Origin: a virus
Taxonomy: Duplodnaviria; Caudoviricetes
DNA: 64,000 nucleotides
Reading direction: 5' to 3' (one strand)
Virus record (IMG/VR): IMGVR_UViG_3300007177_000042
Shown here: in pieces, positions 51,543-62,512 of the stretch
Numbering within the stretch: the stretch's first letter is position 1
How the letters are laid out: every line of letters starts with the position of its first letter
Position numbers and translations under genes: made by a program
Notes under the pieces: generated by a model
Database searches by the model: none
The model's input: only the letters and a program-made list of their open reading frames with translations
Told to the model about the DNA's origin: nothing

Positions 51543-53498
51543 ATGGCGTCTACTACACAAAAAACGTTCAAACCCTTGACTAACAAGGACGTGTCTTATT
51601 TGAATCGTGATTTTTCACAGTTCAAGAAGAACCTCATTGATTATACCAAGTCATACTTTCCAAAAAACTATCAGGATTTTTCAGATTCTTCACCGGGAAC
51701 GATTTTTATCGACATGGCATCATATGTAGGTGATGTACTTGGTTTTTATTTGGATCAACAGTTCAAGGAAAGTTTGTTTCCATATACAGAAGAAAAGAAA
51801 AATGTAATTGCTCTGGCTAAGTTTTTAGGATACAAACCAAAAGTATCACGACCTTCTCTTACAAATTTTGATGTATATCAGATTATACCATCAATAAAAG
51901 ACAACTCTGGTAATTATGTTCCAGACAATAAATATGCTCTACGCATCAAGGAGGGTATGCAGTTGGTTAATAGCGCGGGATCATACTTTGTTACAACTGA
52001 TTTGATCGACTTTGCTGTAGATAGTGTCAATTCATCAAGAGAAGTGTCTGTAAGTGCTAGAGACGACTATGGAATTCCACAATTCTTTTTGATCAAAAAG
52101 ACCGTCAATGGCATATCCGGAAAAATCGTACAAAAAACTTTTATTGTGGCAGAAAATAAACCATACTACAAGTTATACTTGGATGAAAAGAATGTATTGG
52201 AGATACTAGACGTTCGTGATCAAGACAATACAAAATGGTATGAAGTTGATTACTTGGCTCAAGATGTGGTGTTGACATCATATGAAAATTCATCACTAAA
52301 TGACGACCGTTATATTCAGTATCAGTCGTCGGTTCCAAATATACTAAAACTTTTGCGTACGCAAAGAAAATTTACAACCAACATTAATTCCGATGATCTT
52401 ACGTATTTGGAGTTTGGACCGGGCAATGAAGGAGTAAACGATGAAGTGATTGTTCCATCGGCTGAAATACTAGGTGTTAGTCTTAGTAATCTAAGAACAC
52501 TAAATGTTTCCGTTGATCCAACAAATATTATCAATTCAGATTCATTCGGAATATATCCAAAAAAAGACACACAATTTATTGTCAGATATTTGGTAGGCGG
52601 AGGCATCGAATCCAATAGTCAAACAGGAGATATTAAAAACATTGTTAGTGTTGAATACGAAAACGATTTAACTTTATTGACCACCGCTGAACAAAACTTG
52701 TTTCAGGTGGTGAAGAACTCTTTGGCTGTGGAAAATAATGTTCCAGCTGTCGGAGGCGACGGACCAGAATCATCTGATGAAATCAAACAAAATGCCACAG
52801 CATTTTTCTCTGCACAAAATCGTGTGGTTACAGCGGATGATTATATTTCTCGCGTATATGCAATGCCTGCCAAATTTGGTTCTATAGCTAAAGCCACTGT
52901 CATATCTGATAATAATTTGAATGCAAATTCAATCGTAAGTGGTGTGTTGACGCAAGAAAATACGGTTAAATCTGATCGTGTAATCAGTGGTAATTTGAAA
53001 AATCCATTTTCAATTAACATATATTTGCTTTCATACGATCAAAACAAAAACTTGACCAAACCAAACGTAGCATTGTTAAACAATGTTAGACAATATCTTA
53101 GCTTATATAGAATGATGACCGATGGTATCAATTTAATAGAAGGTTATGTTGTTAATGTGGGGGTTGAGTTTAGAATTGTAACATACAATAACTTTAACAA
53201 AAAAGAAGTATTAGTTAATTGTGTAAACGCTGTCAAACAATTTTTTAATATTGATTTGTGGGGTTTTTCACAACCAATCAATTTGAGTCAGTTGGAGCTT
53301 GAGATTGCAAAGGTTGAAGGAGTTCAGTCAGTTGCTTATCTCAAATTGTCTAATTTGACTACAAAAGATGGCGAATATTCTCCTATTGAATACAACATTG
53401 ATGCAGCAACGGTAAATAAAATTGTTTATCCATCGTTGGATCCGTGTGTATTTGAATTGAAATATCCAGACGTAGACATAAAAGCAACAGCAGTATAA
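51543..53498 (+). CDS. Baseplate wedge gp6/J-like protein
   Basis: RDFSQFKKNL...YQDFSDSSPG...MASYVGDVL...GGDGPES...QNRVVTADDY. Confidence 0.88.
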   Translation: MASTTQKTFKPLTNKDVSYLNRDFSQFKKNLIDYTKSYFPKNYQDFSDSSPGTIFIDMASYVGDVLGFYLDQQFKESLFPYTEEKKNVIALAKFLGYKPKVSRPSLTNFDVYQIIPSIKDNSGNYVPDNKYALRIKEGMQLVNSAGSYFVTTDLIDFAVDSVNSSREVSVSARDDYGIPQFFLIKKTVNGISGKIVQKTFIVAENKPYYKLYLDEKNVLEILDVRDQDNTKWYEVDYLAQDVVLTSYENSSLNDDRYIQYQSSVPNILKLLRTQRKFTTNINSDDLTYLEFGPGNEGVNDEVIVPSAEILGVSLSNLRTLNVSVDPTNIINSDSFGIYPKKDTQFIVRYLVGGGIESNSQTGDIKNIVSVEYENDLTLLTTAEQNLFQVVKNSLAVENNVPAVGGDGPESSDEIKQNATAFFSAQNRVVTADDYISRVYAMPAKFGSIAKATVISDNNLNANSIVSGVLTQENTVKSDRVISGNLKNPFSINIYLLSYDQNKNLTKPNVALLNNVRQYLSLYRMMTDGINLIEGYVVNVGVEFRIVTYNNFNKKEVLVNCVNAVKQFFNIDLWGFSQPINLSQLELEIAKVEGVQSVAYLKLSNLTTKDGEYSPIEYNIDAATVNKIVYPSLDPCVFELKYPDVDIKATAV

Positions 53499-53499
53499 T

Positions 53500-55959
53500 A
53501 TGCACCATTTCATATTTCCATCAAAAGACACCTACATAACCAATCTCAACGGATTGGAAAATAAAAACTTTGGTATTGATGAAATACTAACTGTGGCCGG
53601 TCAGTCATATACAATCAATTCTATAACCAAATATCAGTCGGCTAGTATTTCATCATCTGGTACGTTTTTGGAAAATCTGATAAACTTCACAGGGTCCGTT
53701 GATGCATATTTTTCGGGCAGTACGGTAAATACTATCATTTCTGATATTTCCACTGAAACTACCGTTGTTAATGGTACGGTTATTGGATATGTAAATCCCA
53801 CAGAAATCTCTCATTCTAACTTTACTACATCCAACTTTACCGGAACTTTTACTGGTAGTTTGTATGGTTATGTATCATCGGCTACAATAAATGGTACAAC
53901 GTACACAAATCAATTGGTGTCCACACTTAATAATGTTAGCGGCAGTGTCACACAATTGTCGGGAAGTCTTTCAGGATCAGCAATTTTAGGACAAATTTCT
54001 GGTAGTTTGACCGGAGTTGTTCATGAATTTTCTGGTAGCATGAATTTGGTATCAGGAACGTTATTAGGATCGGTTGTCGGGTCGTATTCATATTACAACC
54101 CAAGATTTAAGACAACAACAAAATCCTCTTTATCACGAACGATGTTAAAGTTTAATATCACATCAATATCAAGTTCGATACGAAATGGTGATATTCAAGA
54201 TCCTAAATTTGTTCTGAGACTAAATGTTTTGGAACAACAAGAACTTCCATTCGAATACACCGTTTATGCATATCCGATCAGTCAAAGTTGGGAAATGGGC
54301 GATGGAAGATTCGCTGAATATGGATCGGATTTGGGTGCAAGTTGGAACTACAGAAACGTAAGTGGTGGTCAATTGTGGCATGGATTGAATCCGACCACTA
54401 TTACGGGTAATTATTTAACCAGTTCTGCATACAAAGAACAAGTATTCAATAATGGCGGGGCTACTTGGTATTACAGTATTCCAAATACATTTGTAGAACC
54501 AACATCAAGTATATCTACATCATTTTTTACCGTAGAATCGTCGTCGCCTACATTCGAACAACAGTATTCCTCAAGTTTATCTTCAAATCTGTCATCTAGT
54601 TTCAATAACATATTGTCATCGAGTTTGTATTCTGTTATTTCAGAATCAAATGCATATCAAACAAATGTAGACAATGCATATGATTTATTGACATCGATTG
54701 CAGATCCTACATATCAAAATACCTCAAGCAGTATTGCTGATTATTTACTCACTGTCAATACAACCGCGTCGGTCCCATGTAATAGCTGTTCATTGTATCA
54801 ACAAGAATACAGTTCAAGCACATTATTTGTAAACCACTTGAGTGCTAGTATTCAAACTATTCTTCACGATTCTTCTTCAGCAAAATCATATGGTGATTTG
54901 GCATCAACGTATTATTTGCAACTGTCAAGTAGTATGTATGGATCTTCACCGACGACATTTAATCAAGTATACACAATACTAAACGGATGGGTAGCAAATG
55001 CTGATTCTGCTAGTTTGTATGCTACAAATGTTAATAACACATATTTGGATTTTTCATCGAGTCTATCAGATATGTTAGGGACCACGGATCCTTATTTGAT
55101 TTATGTGAGTCAGAGTATGTCACCGTCGTTAGTTACCAGTTCGTTAAGTTTATTGAACGCACAGTTTTCTTCTAGTGCTACAGATGCATTTTCATCGAGT
55201 CTAATTGAATATATCAACAATCAAATATCTATCGTTGAGACACAAACATCATCAAGTGTTTCCGGGTCACTGACACAATCATTCACGGCGCCATTTTATG
55301 ATTCAATTGTAGCAGGTGGGTCATTGATAACCTCTCAAAGTTTTGATTATGAATCATCTGATATTAAGATGGATATTACTCCTATCGTAAAATCGTGGAT
55401 TGCAGGGGCAATTCCAAACGAAGGACTGATTTTGCTTACATCCGAAGAACTCACCGTAAATACGTCGTCAAACGGAATGTTGGGATTCTACAGCAAAGAA
55501 ACCAATACAATTTATTCCCCTCATATTGATGTAGTATGGGACGACAGTACATTTGTTACAAGCAGTTTACAACCATTGGACACCGATGTTCCTTATGTTG
55601 TCACCGTCAAAAATCTTAAAAAAGAATATCAACACGATAGTGTTGTCAGAATAAATGTTTTTGCTAGAGACAAATTTCCACTCAAGAATTTTGTTAAAGC
55701 AACACAACAATCTGCACATCTAACACCAAAATATCTACCAGAAACTACTTATTATTCTATACGAGATACAGAAACAGAAGAAGTCATTATTGATTTCGAC
55801 GAAGGTACTAAATTAAGCTGTGATTCAAATGGTAACTATTTTATGTTAGACATGACGGGTCTTCCACAAGAAAGATATTTCAAGATTCTCATAAAGACTG
55901 TCATAAATGGAGCCGTCGAAGTGACAGATAACAATACTTATTTCAAAGTTGTTCGATAA
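53500..55959 (+). CDS. Virion structural protein with Ser/Thr-rich inserts
   Basis: Conserved ends (KDTYI...DEIL; DIKMDIT...IPNEG...FYSKETNTIYSP) flank low-complexity segments. Confidence 0.7.
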   Translation: MHHFIFPSKDTYITNLNGLENKNFGIDEILTVAGQSYTINSITKYQSASISSSGTFLENLINFTGSVDAYFSGSTVNTIISDISTETTVVNGTVIGYVNPTEISHSNFTTSNFTGTFTGSLYGYVSSATINGTTYTNQLVSTLNNVSGSVTQLSGSLSGSAILGQISGSLTGVVHEFSGSMNLVSGTLLGSVVGSYSYYNPRFKTTTKSSLSRTMLKFNITSISSSIRNGDIQDPKFVLRLNVLEQQELPFEYTVYAYPISQSWEMGDGRFAEYGSDLGASWNYRNVSGGQLWHGLNPTTITGNYLTSSAYKEQVFNNGGATWYYSIPNTFVEPTSSISTSFFTVESSSPTFEQQYSSSLSSNLSSSFNNILSSSLYSVISESNAYQTNVDNAYDLLTSIADPTYQNTSSSIADYLLTVNTTASVPCNSCSLYQQEYSSSTLFVNHLSASIQTILHDSSSAKSYGDLASTYYLQLSSSMYGSSPTTFNQVYTILNGWVANADSASLYATNVNNTYLDFSSSLSDMLGTTDPYLIYVSQSMSPSLVTSSLSLLNAQFSSSATDAFSSSLIEYINNQISIVETQTSSSVSGSLTQSFTAPFYDSIVAGGSLITSQSFDYESSDIKMDITPIVKSWIAGAIPNEGLILLTSEELTVNTSSNGMLGFYSKETNTIYSPHIDVVWDDSTFVTSSLQPLDTDVPYVVTVKNLKKEYQHDSVVRINVFARDKFPLKNFVKATQQSAHLTPKYLPETTYYSIRDTETEEVIIDFDEGTKLSCDSNGNYFMLDMTGLPQERYFKILIKTVINGAVEVTDNNTYFKVVR

Positions 55960-57590
55960 TGAATGCAACACAAAGTAATTTTACAAATACAGGTGAATAT
56001 AACAATCAGTTTGACGAATTCGGAAACTTAATCATAATTGAGGGATCCGAAAAATATCTTGCTGTTGTGTTGACCGACGAGGTATTTGATAACAATTCGG
56101 TTTCAAATATTTTTACGGTTGATATTGAAGAGTTTAAAGATGTGGTTTCTACACCAAATCCTAAAGTTGTTGCACTTGAATCCGAAAAGTCTTTATTACA
56201 AAAGAAAATTTCCGATTTAACGTCACAACTTTCAAAATCAAATCCTTCGGAAAAAGAGGCATTGGTTAATGCTAGCAAAAATGTGATTATATCCCTTCGT
56301 ATAAAAGCCGGAGAAGGGCAATTTCCAGAGGATTTTAATTCTTCTTTCCCATATTTGCCGTTGTATTCAAATGAGGCAAAAAGTTCAGATGCATCAGGAA
56401 TTAACTCGTCACCAGAACAACAAACATCATCTACACAAAATACAACACAGACTGTTTCATCCGTATCAAATTCTGTGACATCTGATTTGGTGGTTGGTGA
56501 TGCGTGTCCAAAACAGATTGATTTGCAACTTGTTCCACCAACTGAATATAAAACGCCCGGCCCTTTACCAGTTCTTCCAAAAGCACCGGATCTTCCGAAG
56601 CCAATGGCACAACCAACAGTTGTACAAATGCCTATACATCAAATGGCTGTACAATCTGTTTCTCCAGCCACAGAAGAACCATGTGCAGAAAAATTCTATC
56701 AATATGGAAAATACAATGGTATATGGGAGTCTCTTGGACTACCAACTAGTCCTTTGATATCAATCTATGGTGTTTATAGTACAAAAGTTACTGAATCTTA
56801 TACGCAAGAATCGTCAGATACACTTTCATATCAAGTCTACATTCCAAATGATGGCGACTATACTATTAAGTTCTCAGCCGATAATTCTGGATATATAGAT
56901 ATTGATGGTGTACGTATGATTGATTTGAGTAATGTGACGAGTGCATCACCATACAATACACAAGTTTCTGCTTATTTGGATGATCATTCTGTTACTAAAC
57001 CATTGACTGCCGGTTGGAAAACTGTAAATTTGTTTTACAAAAACTGGGGCGGACCACACTCGGTTGCGGCGACCATATCATATCAAGGGCGTTTGATTTG
57101 GACTTCAAGACAGGCATATAATGCTAAAGACTATAAAGAGTGTCGTGGTAGTGTCGAATCTCCATCAAAGTTTAGTTGTAGTAACCCATCATCAACTAAA
57201 GTATATAGTTTTGAAGGAAACGTCGATGCTACGTTGAAAATTACTCTTAAAGGAAAGACTGTATCATATAGCAATGAAGCTAACCATGGTATTTTGAGAA
57301 AGACATCTACCTTTTTCAATGATGGATTGGACACTATTGAACCGGGATTGACGTTAAAAATGATCAGTGGACGTGGATCAGCAACTATTTCTCAACAACC
57401 ATTATCAACAAACAATTATACAGCCATCATTGATATCACTGATCGAGAAGGCGGTGAAGACAACTATAAGTTTGAGTTATATCAAGTATGTTGTCCATCG
57501 TCAGCATCTCCTATTATATTAGTAGATGATTCTGCTTCTAGACTTAGAACTCGACAATCAAATGATAGATTCAATACAAGAAGACTTTAA
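55959..57590 (+). CDS. Structural or receptor-binding protein with a PA14-like beta domain
   Basis: YTIKFSADNSGYIDIDG...AGWKTVNLFYKNWGGPHSVA. Confidence 0.55.
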   Translation: MNATQSNFTNTGEYNNQFDEFGNLIIIEGSEKYLAVVLTDEVFDNNSVSNIFTVDIEEFKDVVSTPNPKVVALESEKSLLQKKISDLTSQLSKSNPSEKEALVNASKNVIISLRIKAGEGQFPEDFNSSFPYLPLYSNEAKSSDASGINSSPEQQTSSTQNTTQTVSSVSNSVTSDLVVGDACPKQIDLQLVPPTEYKTPGPLPVLPKAPDLPKPMAQPTVVQMPIHQMAVQSVSPATEEPCAEKFYQYGKYNGIWESLGLPTSPLISIYGVYSTKVTESYTQESSDTLSYQVYIPNDGDYTIKFSADNSGYIDIDGVRMIDLSNVTSASPYNTQVSAYLDDHSVTKPLTAGWKTVNLFYKNWGGPHSVAATISYQGRLIWTSRQAYNAKDYKECRGSVESPSKFSCSNPSSTKVYSFEGNVDATLKITLKGKTVSYSNEANHGILRKTSTFFNDGLDTIEPGLTLKMISGRGSATISQQPLSTNNYTAIIDITDREGGEDNYKFELYQVCCPSSASPIILVDDSASRLRTRQSNDRFNTRRL

Positions 57591-57592
57591 TT

Positions 57593-60500
57593 ATGTCATT
57601 TCCATATCCAACGGTAACTAACTATACTGATCAAGTAAATTACGCTTCGTATCTTACTACCGATATTTCATCGTTGATGAAACGTGGTCCTACACAAGAA
57701 AAGTTTTTTGGATCACAAGAAGATGATTATATCGAATTATCAGTGTTTGATTCTTCTGACAACTTGAACGTTTGGAAACCAATTGTTCAACCTCCAAACT
57801 ATCAAACTCGGAACATAGAATATCAAGATTTGCAGAACAATACGTTAAAAGTGACGTATGAAGAGTTTATACCATCGTTTGTAGTATATGAAAATACTAA
57901 GATTTTATTGGATCCGAAATCTGATTTACTCAATCTTGGTATTACAAATGGTAGTTACAAACTTGCATATGCATTTCACTCCAATATTGTTGGATCTTAT
58001 GATAAACAATGTTTGTTGATCAAACAAATTTCGCCATCAAGAAAAGAAATTAAAGCAATTTTGTTGCTTGACAAAGAAAACTTTACCGATACTGATAAGC
58101 GAGAATTTCAAAGCGAGTTCGATTGTTATGTTCAATCCAAAATCGAAGCACGGGATATTTTACCCGCGTTCGAAACATATTTGAAACAAACATATCTGTT
58201 GAATTTTGTAAATACTGCTAGTGATGCAGTAAAATCGTCATTCGGGCGAGCATATGCCGTCAATGGGTCGGATGGATTGTTGAAGTTATTGAATGAAATA
58301 TACAACGGGTATCAATTGATTGCATCTGATGTTAATGGTGTTCAGAAGAATCAAAATTTCATTGGAATTTCACAATATGTGATGTTGATGTTGTATGAAA
58401 ACTACAACAATTGTTTTACTCATGAACAATATTCTAAGATTCTAGAAGCGATTGTCAACGAGACTATTGCTCTTAGATTGAATTCAATTCAAAATACCAA
58501 CAATATTGATACTGAGATTTGCAAAACGTATTTGTTTGACATATTTAACGGACAAATCCAAACATATTTGTCATTGGTTAACCAAGATTATCAATCCAAA
58601 TACGTTGGTCCTCTCAGAAACTCCGTAAATTTTGGACAAAATCAATCGATAAAAATTTTATCAATCAAGCCATTTTCAGATGGAAGTTTGGTAATCAAAC
58701 TTCAATCACCTTTGCCTACGACGTTCGGAATCAATACAACGTTTTGGATTACAAACACAGCGTTGAATCCGATTGTCCAAACGGTGGTACTGGTTGATCT
58801 TCCAAAATACGACACATTCTCGATTAAGCCTGCTAATTTTAATCTGAAGATAAATGATAAGCGTACCTCCAATACTATCACACTAAATTCTACAAGTGAT
58901 TTGTCGGATGCTACAGACGTTGATTTGATTCTAAAACAACGGTTCTCCACCATAAACGTGGATTATTCTAAGTTTGAAAATTTTGTGGTATACTCTTCAG
59001 CAAAAACACGCATCACGATCTATAAAAACAAACTTAAGCAGATTGAGATTAAAAATGCATCAATCACTCAACTTCAACAACTTTCATATTCTGATGCATA
59101 TACATTGGCAAAAATTGATAGCTTAACAAAAGAAATTGATGATATCAAACTTTCTTTTGATGGATATGAGTATTATTTGTGGACGAATGATTTTTACAAT
59201 AGTTTTGATCGTTTTCCAAAATCATATGAAGACGATGCGGATGAATATGATGCAAATAATCGTGATGGGCTGATCAATAATTTGCCACAATATCTATTGA
59301 ATGATGTAAGAAATGATGACTTTTTGATATTCCTTTCGATGATAGGTCATCATTTTGACAACATTTATATCTACATCGACAAGTTTCCGATGTTGACCTA
59401 CAACAAAGGAGGACTTGAAAATTCAATACCGAATAATGTATTGGATGGAATGCTTGCATCATTTGGTTGGAAGATGGAATCATTAGTCAATGATACGTCG
59501 TTGGTTACTAACTATATAAAAGGAACCAACACAACATCGATTTCGGATAAAGCGAATGTAATAAACAATCGTATTTTAAACTCACTGCCTGCAATATTAA
59601 AATCCAAAGGCACAATCGAGTCCGTAAAACTGTTGTTGGCGTGTTATGGGGTTCCAGAAAACATACTGAACGTTCGTGAGTTTGGATCGTATTCAGACGT
59701 ATCACAATCGTTATATTCATTCGACAAATTGGAATATTTGTTGACCATGACACCACAGTCAAGTATAGACCTTCCATACACATCCTCCGTAAACACTGTG
59801 GAATTTAAAGTTGCGTTTAGCAATTTGTATAGTAAAAAGTACAATCTAAGCGACGAAATAGATTTGTTGAAAAAGTATTCGAATACAAATACTTTAGATT
59901 ATCGCGTATATGCTTATAAGACTTCATTGAATAACAATGGTCGTATCGTTTTTGAACTCGACGATCAACGAATTGAATCAAAAACATTGCCTATTTTTGA
60001 TGGGGGTGTGTATAACGTGATGATTAGAAAATCATCACCTTCATCCATGTACACTTCTAGTGCAAATGAAGATCTAATACCTACGCAATACGATTTGTTG
60101 GTAGATGTCACCGAAGAGGGACAAACACGACTGTACTCCAAGAGTTCAGCCGTTTTGGGTCATAGCTATAATACTGCTTTCACAAATAGTACATCTTCTA
60201 AACTTCGATTTGGATCGAACGTATTTAGTGGGTCGATTGATAAAATCAACGTGTGGACCGTTCCAATTTCTGATGACAATTTTGTTGAACATTCTAACAA
60301 TTTTGAATCATACTATGACAATGATTATGAAAACATAAGAAACAACTTGTTTTTCAGATTGTCGTATAGTTATCCTCGACCATTAAGTACAACCAACGAA
60401 ACTTTTGCATATGGCCAATATACCGCAAGTTTGTACAATATTCCATCGGTAACAACATCGCCGGACACAACAACCAACAGTATTACTCAAAATGTTGATT

Positions 60501-61825
60501 TGTATCAGGACACGCTCGATCTAAGAAAACAATATTCTGGTACATACGACACTAGCTCGTTATATCCATATGCTAATGTATGTGTTACTGACACACCTTC
60601 AACGTTTCCATATAATTTCACAGAATACAACGTTAATCAGTCGTATAGACTTTCTAACTACGGACCAAACCTTTTGTGGAATAACAAAATTTCTGTAAAA
60701 GATAGACCAGACGTTACGTCAATAACACCTTTCCAAAAATCGACACCGTATGATAGTAATATCGATTCTAATTTGATAGGTATTTTCGCATCACCAACGT
60801 CAAATAAAAATACAGAAATTCTAAAATTTTTTGGTGACAAAGCTATTATTCAGGAACTTGGTGATCCAAGATTGCAATTTTCACAAAGTTATGCACCTTT
60901 AGATCATTTTAGAGACGTTTACTATTCGTCCGGCAACCCACCATTCAGTGGTAAGGTATTGTATCAAGAGTTCATCACTGTGTACAAAATATACTTTGAT
61001 GCTAGTATTTTTGAATCGATTCGAAATGTTGTTGCTGCAAGAAATAAATTGCTGACTGGTATATTGATCGAACCGACCGTATTGGAACGACTAAAATTTC
61101 CATCAAAGCCTATCGGTGCAGAGTCTATCGTTACGGATGTAGATTATGGATCGGTAATCAAAAACGAATCGGCTGAATCAATTATCGCGTGGAGTAATGA
61201 TCTTATTCAAGATCAAACCACAATTGGTACATTTGGTACTAATACGGAAAAACAAGCAATTCAAGCAAATCCATCATATGTAACACATGTTATAAATAAC
61301 AATTTTGATGGATCATATATTCGTGACATCAGTTCGGATCCTGAATTATTTGTGTGTGGTCTATCAGATGGCTCTGGAAGATATATCACATATTTGGATG
61401 TAAATATCAGTGGATCAAACACATATTTGTCTTCCGTTCCACATTACATTTGGAGTGTACCGTACAGTTCTTCTGTAGAAGCTTATGATACAGATGGATT
61501 GGTTTATAGTTATTACAAGGTGTTTGAACGAATCGTTGTCACTCCTAGTTCATCTTTATATTTGGACCCAAATATAGTTGGTACACCACATCCTGGCTGT
61601 ACGTTGAACTACTTGGGTCACAGACCATCAGTTTTCAGTTCAAATACATATAAGGTATGGTCTGATGATGCTACGCGATATGGATTTTTCAAAAGAAACA
61701 GTCAGTTATCGATTTATACGGTCGATAAATGTGGAGATCCAGATCAGACAAGTCCGATTGAAAGTACGATAGTGACGAACACATCTATCACTACCAATAA
61801 CAGTGGAGTTTTGACAGTAAACTAA
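57593..61825 (+). CDS. Large virion/baseplate protein (1410 aa)
   Basis: FLSMIGHHFDNI...ILKSKGT...LLACYGVPENILNVREFG (gp7/tail I-like region). Confidence 0.7.
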   Translation: MSFPYPTVTNYTDQVNYASYLTTDISSLMKRGPTQEKFFGSQEDDYIELSVFDSSDNLNVWKPIVQPPNYQTRNIEYQDLQNNTLKVTYEEFIPSFVVYENTKILLDPKSDLLNLGITNGSYKLAYAFHSNIVGSYDKQCLLIKQISPSRKEIKAILLLDKENFTDTDKREFQSEFDCYVQSKIEARDILPAFETYLKQTYLLNFVNTASDAVKSSFGRAYAVNGSDGLLKLLNEIYNGYQLIASDVNGVQKNQNFIGISQYVMLMLYENYNNCFTHEQYSKILEAIVNETIALRLNSIQNTNNIDTEICKTYLFDIFNGQIQTYLSLVNQDYQSKYVGPLRNSVNFGQNQSIKILSIKPFSDGSLVIKLQSPLPTTFGINTTFWITNTALNPIVQTVVLVDLPKYDTFSIKPANFNLKINDKRTSNTITLNSTSDLSDATDVDLILKQRFSTINVDYSKFENFVVYSSAKTRITIYKNKLKQIEIKNASITQLQQLSYSDAYTLAKIDSLTKEIDDIKLSFDGYEYYLWTNDFYNSFDRFPKSYEDDADEYDANNRDGLINNLPQYLLNDVRNDDFLIFLSMIGHHFDNIYIYIDKFPMLTYNKGGLENSIPNNVLDGMLASFGWKMESLVNDTSLVTNYIKGTNTTSISDKANVINNRILNSLPAILKSKGTIESVKLLLACYGVPENILNVREFGSYSDVSQSLYSFDKLEYLLTMTPQSSIDLPYTSSVNTVEFKVAFSNLYSKKYNLSDEIDLLKKYSNTNTLDYRVYAYKTSLNNNGRIVFELDDQRIESKTLPIFDGGVYNVMIRKSSPSSMYTSSANEDLIPTQYDLLVDVTEEGQTRLYSKSSAVLGHSYNTAFTNSTSSKLRFGSNVFSGSIDKINVWTVPISDDNFVEHSNNFESYYDNDYENIRNNLFFRLSYSYPRPLSTTNETFAYGQYTASLYNIPSVTTSPDTTTNSITQNVDLYQDTLDLRKQYSGTYDTSSLYPYANVCVTDTPSTFPYNFTEYNVNQSYRLSNYGPNLLWNNKISVKDRPDVTSITPFQKSTPYDSNIDSNLIGIFASPTSNKNTEILKFFGDKAIIQELGDPRLQFSQSYAPLDHFRDVYYSSGNPPFSGKVLYQEFITVYKIYFDASIFESIRNVVAARNKLLTGILIEPTVLERLKFPSKPIGAESIVTDVDYGSVIKNESAESIIAWSNDLIQDQTTIGTFGTNTEKQAIQANPSYVTHVINNNFDGSYIRDISSDPELFVCGLSDGSGRYITYLDVNISGSNTYLSSVPHYIWSVPYSSSVEAYDTDGLVYSYYKVFERIVVTPSSSLYLDPNIVGTPHPGCTLNYLGHRPSVFSSNTYKVWSDDATRYGFFKRNSQLSIYTVDKCGDPDQTSPIESTIVTNTSITTNNSGVLTVN

Positions 61826-61875
61826 GAAAAAATAAATAAAAAAGACACAACAATCTATACTTATAGACAAGATAT

Positions 61876-62508
61876 ATGGCATACGTAGACAATAAAACTA
61901 TTACCGTAGATGCGGTTCTCACCAAAAGAGGACGTGAACTACTTGCTCAAACAGGAAATTTGAATATTACATCGTTTGCTTTGGCCGACGATGAAATCGA
62001 TTATTCTCTGTACAATCCAAATCATCCACAAGGAAGCGCGTACTACGACATTGCCATCAGAAATACACCTGTGTTTCAGCCGCTTTCTGATGAAACACAA
62101 TCTCTAAAATACAAATTGATAACTCTTGCACAGGGCGTGGTTTCAATACCTGTGATCAGCGTATCTCTTGCATCTATTGATACACAAAAAGACAACAAGT
62201 CTGATTTTATCATTTCCCCGAGTACCAATCCAGCATACAATCTGACACTCGGATATACTGCAATTCTTGGGAACAAAAAAGTAGGAACCTTGATTGTAGA
62301 TCAAACAAATTCTGTAAATAGTTCTACAAGTACAGTTCCTTCATTTGCGGGCGATTTGATCTCGACCACTTCACAAGTTGTTGTTGGAAATCGTTTCCGA
62401 TTTGTTCCTAATACATCGTTGACCACAACAACATCTACTACCATCACAATTGTAGGTAACGAAAGTGGTGGATCGGTTTCGATTCCTGTAACAGTAAGAA
62501 TTTCTTAA
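61876..62508 (+). CDS. Virion structural protein
   Basis: DAVLTKRGRELLA...ITSFALADDEIDY. Confidence 0.75.
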   Translation: MAYVDNKTITVDAVLTKRGRELLAQTGNLNITSFALADDEIDYSLYNPNHPQGSAYYDIAIRNTPVFQPLSDETQSLKYKLITLAQGVVSIPVISVSLASIDTQKDNKSDFIISPSTNPAYNLTLGYTAILGNKKVGTLIVDQTNSVNSSTSTVPSFAGDLISTTSQVVVGNRFRFVPNTSLTTTTSTTITIVGNESGGSVSIPVTVRIS

Positions 62509-62512
62509 ACCT

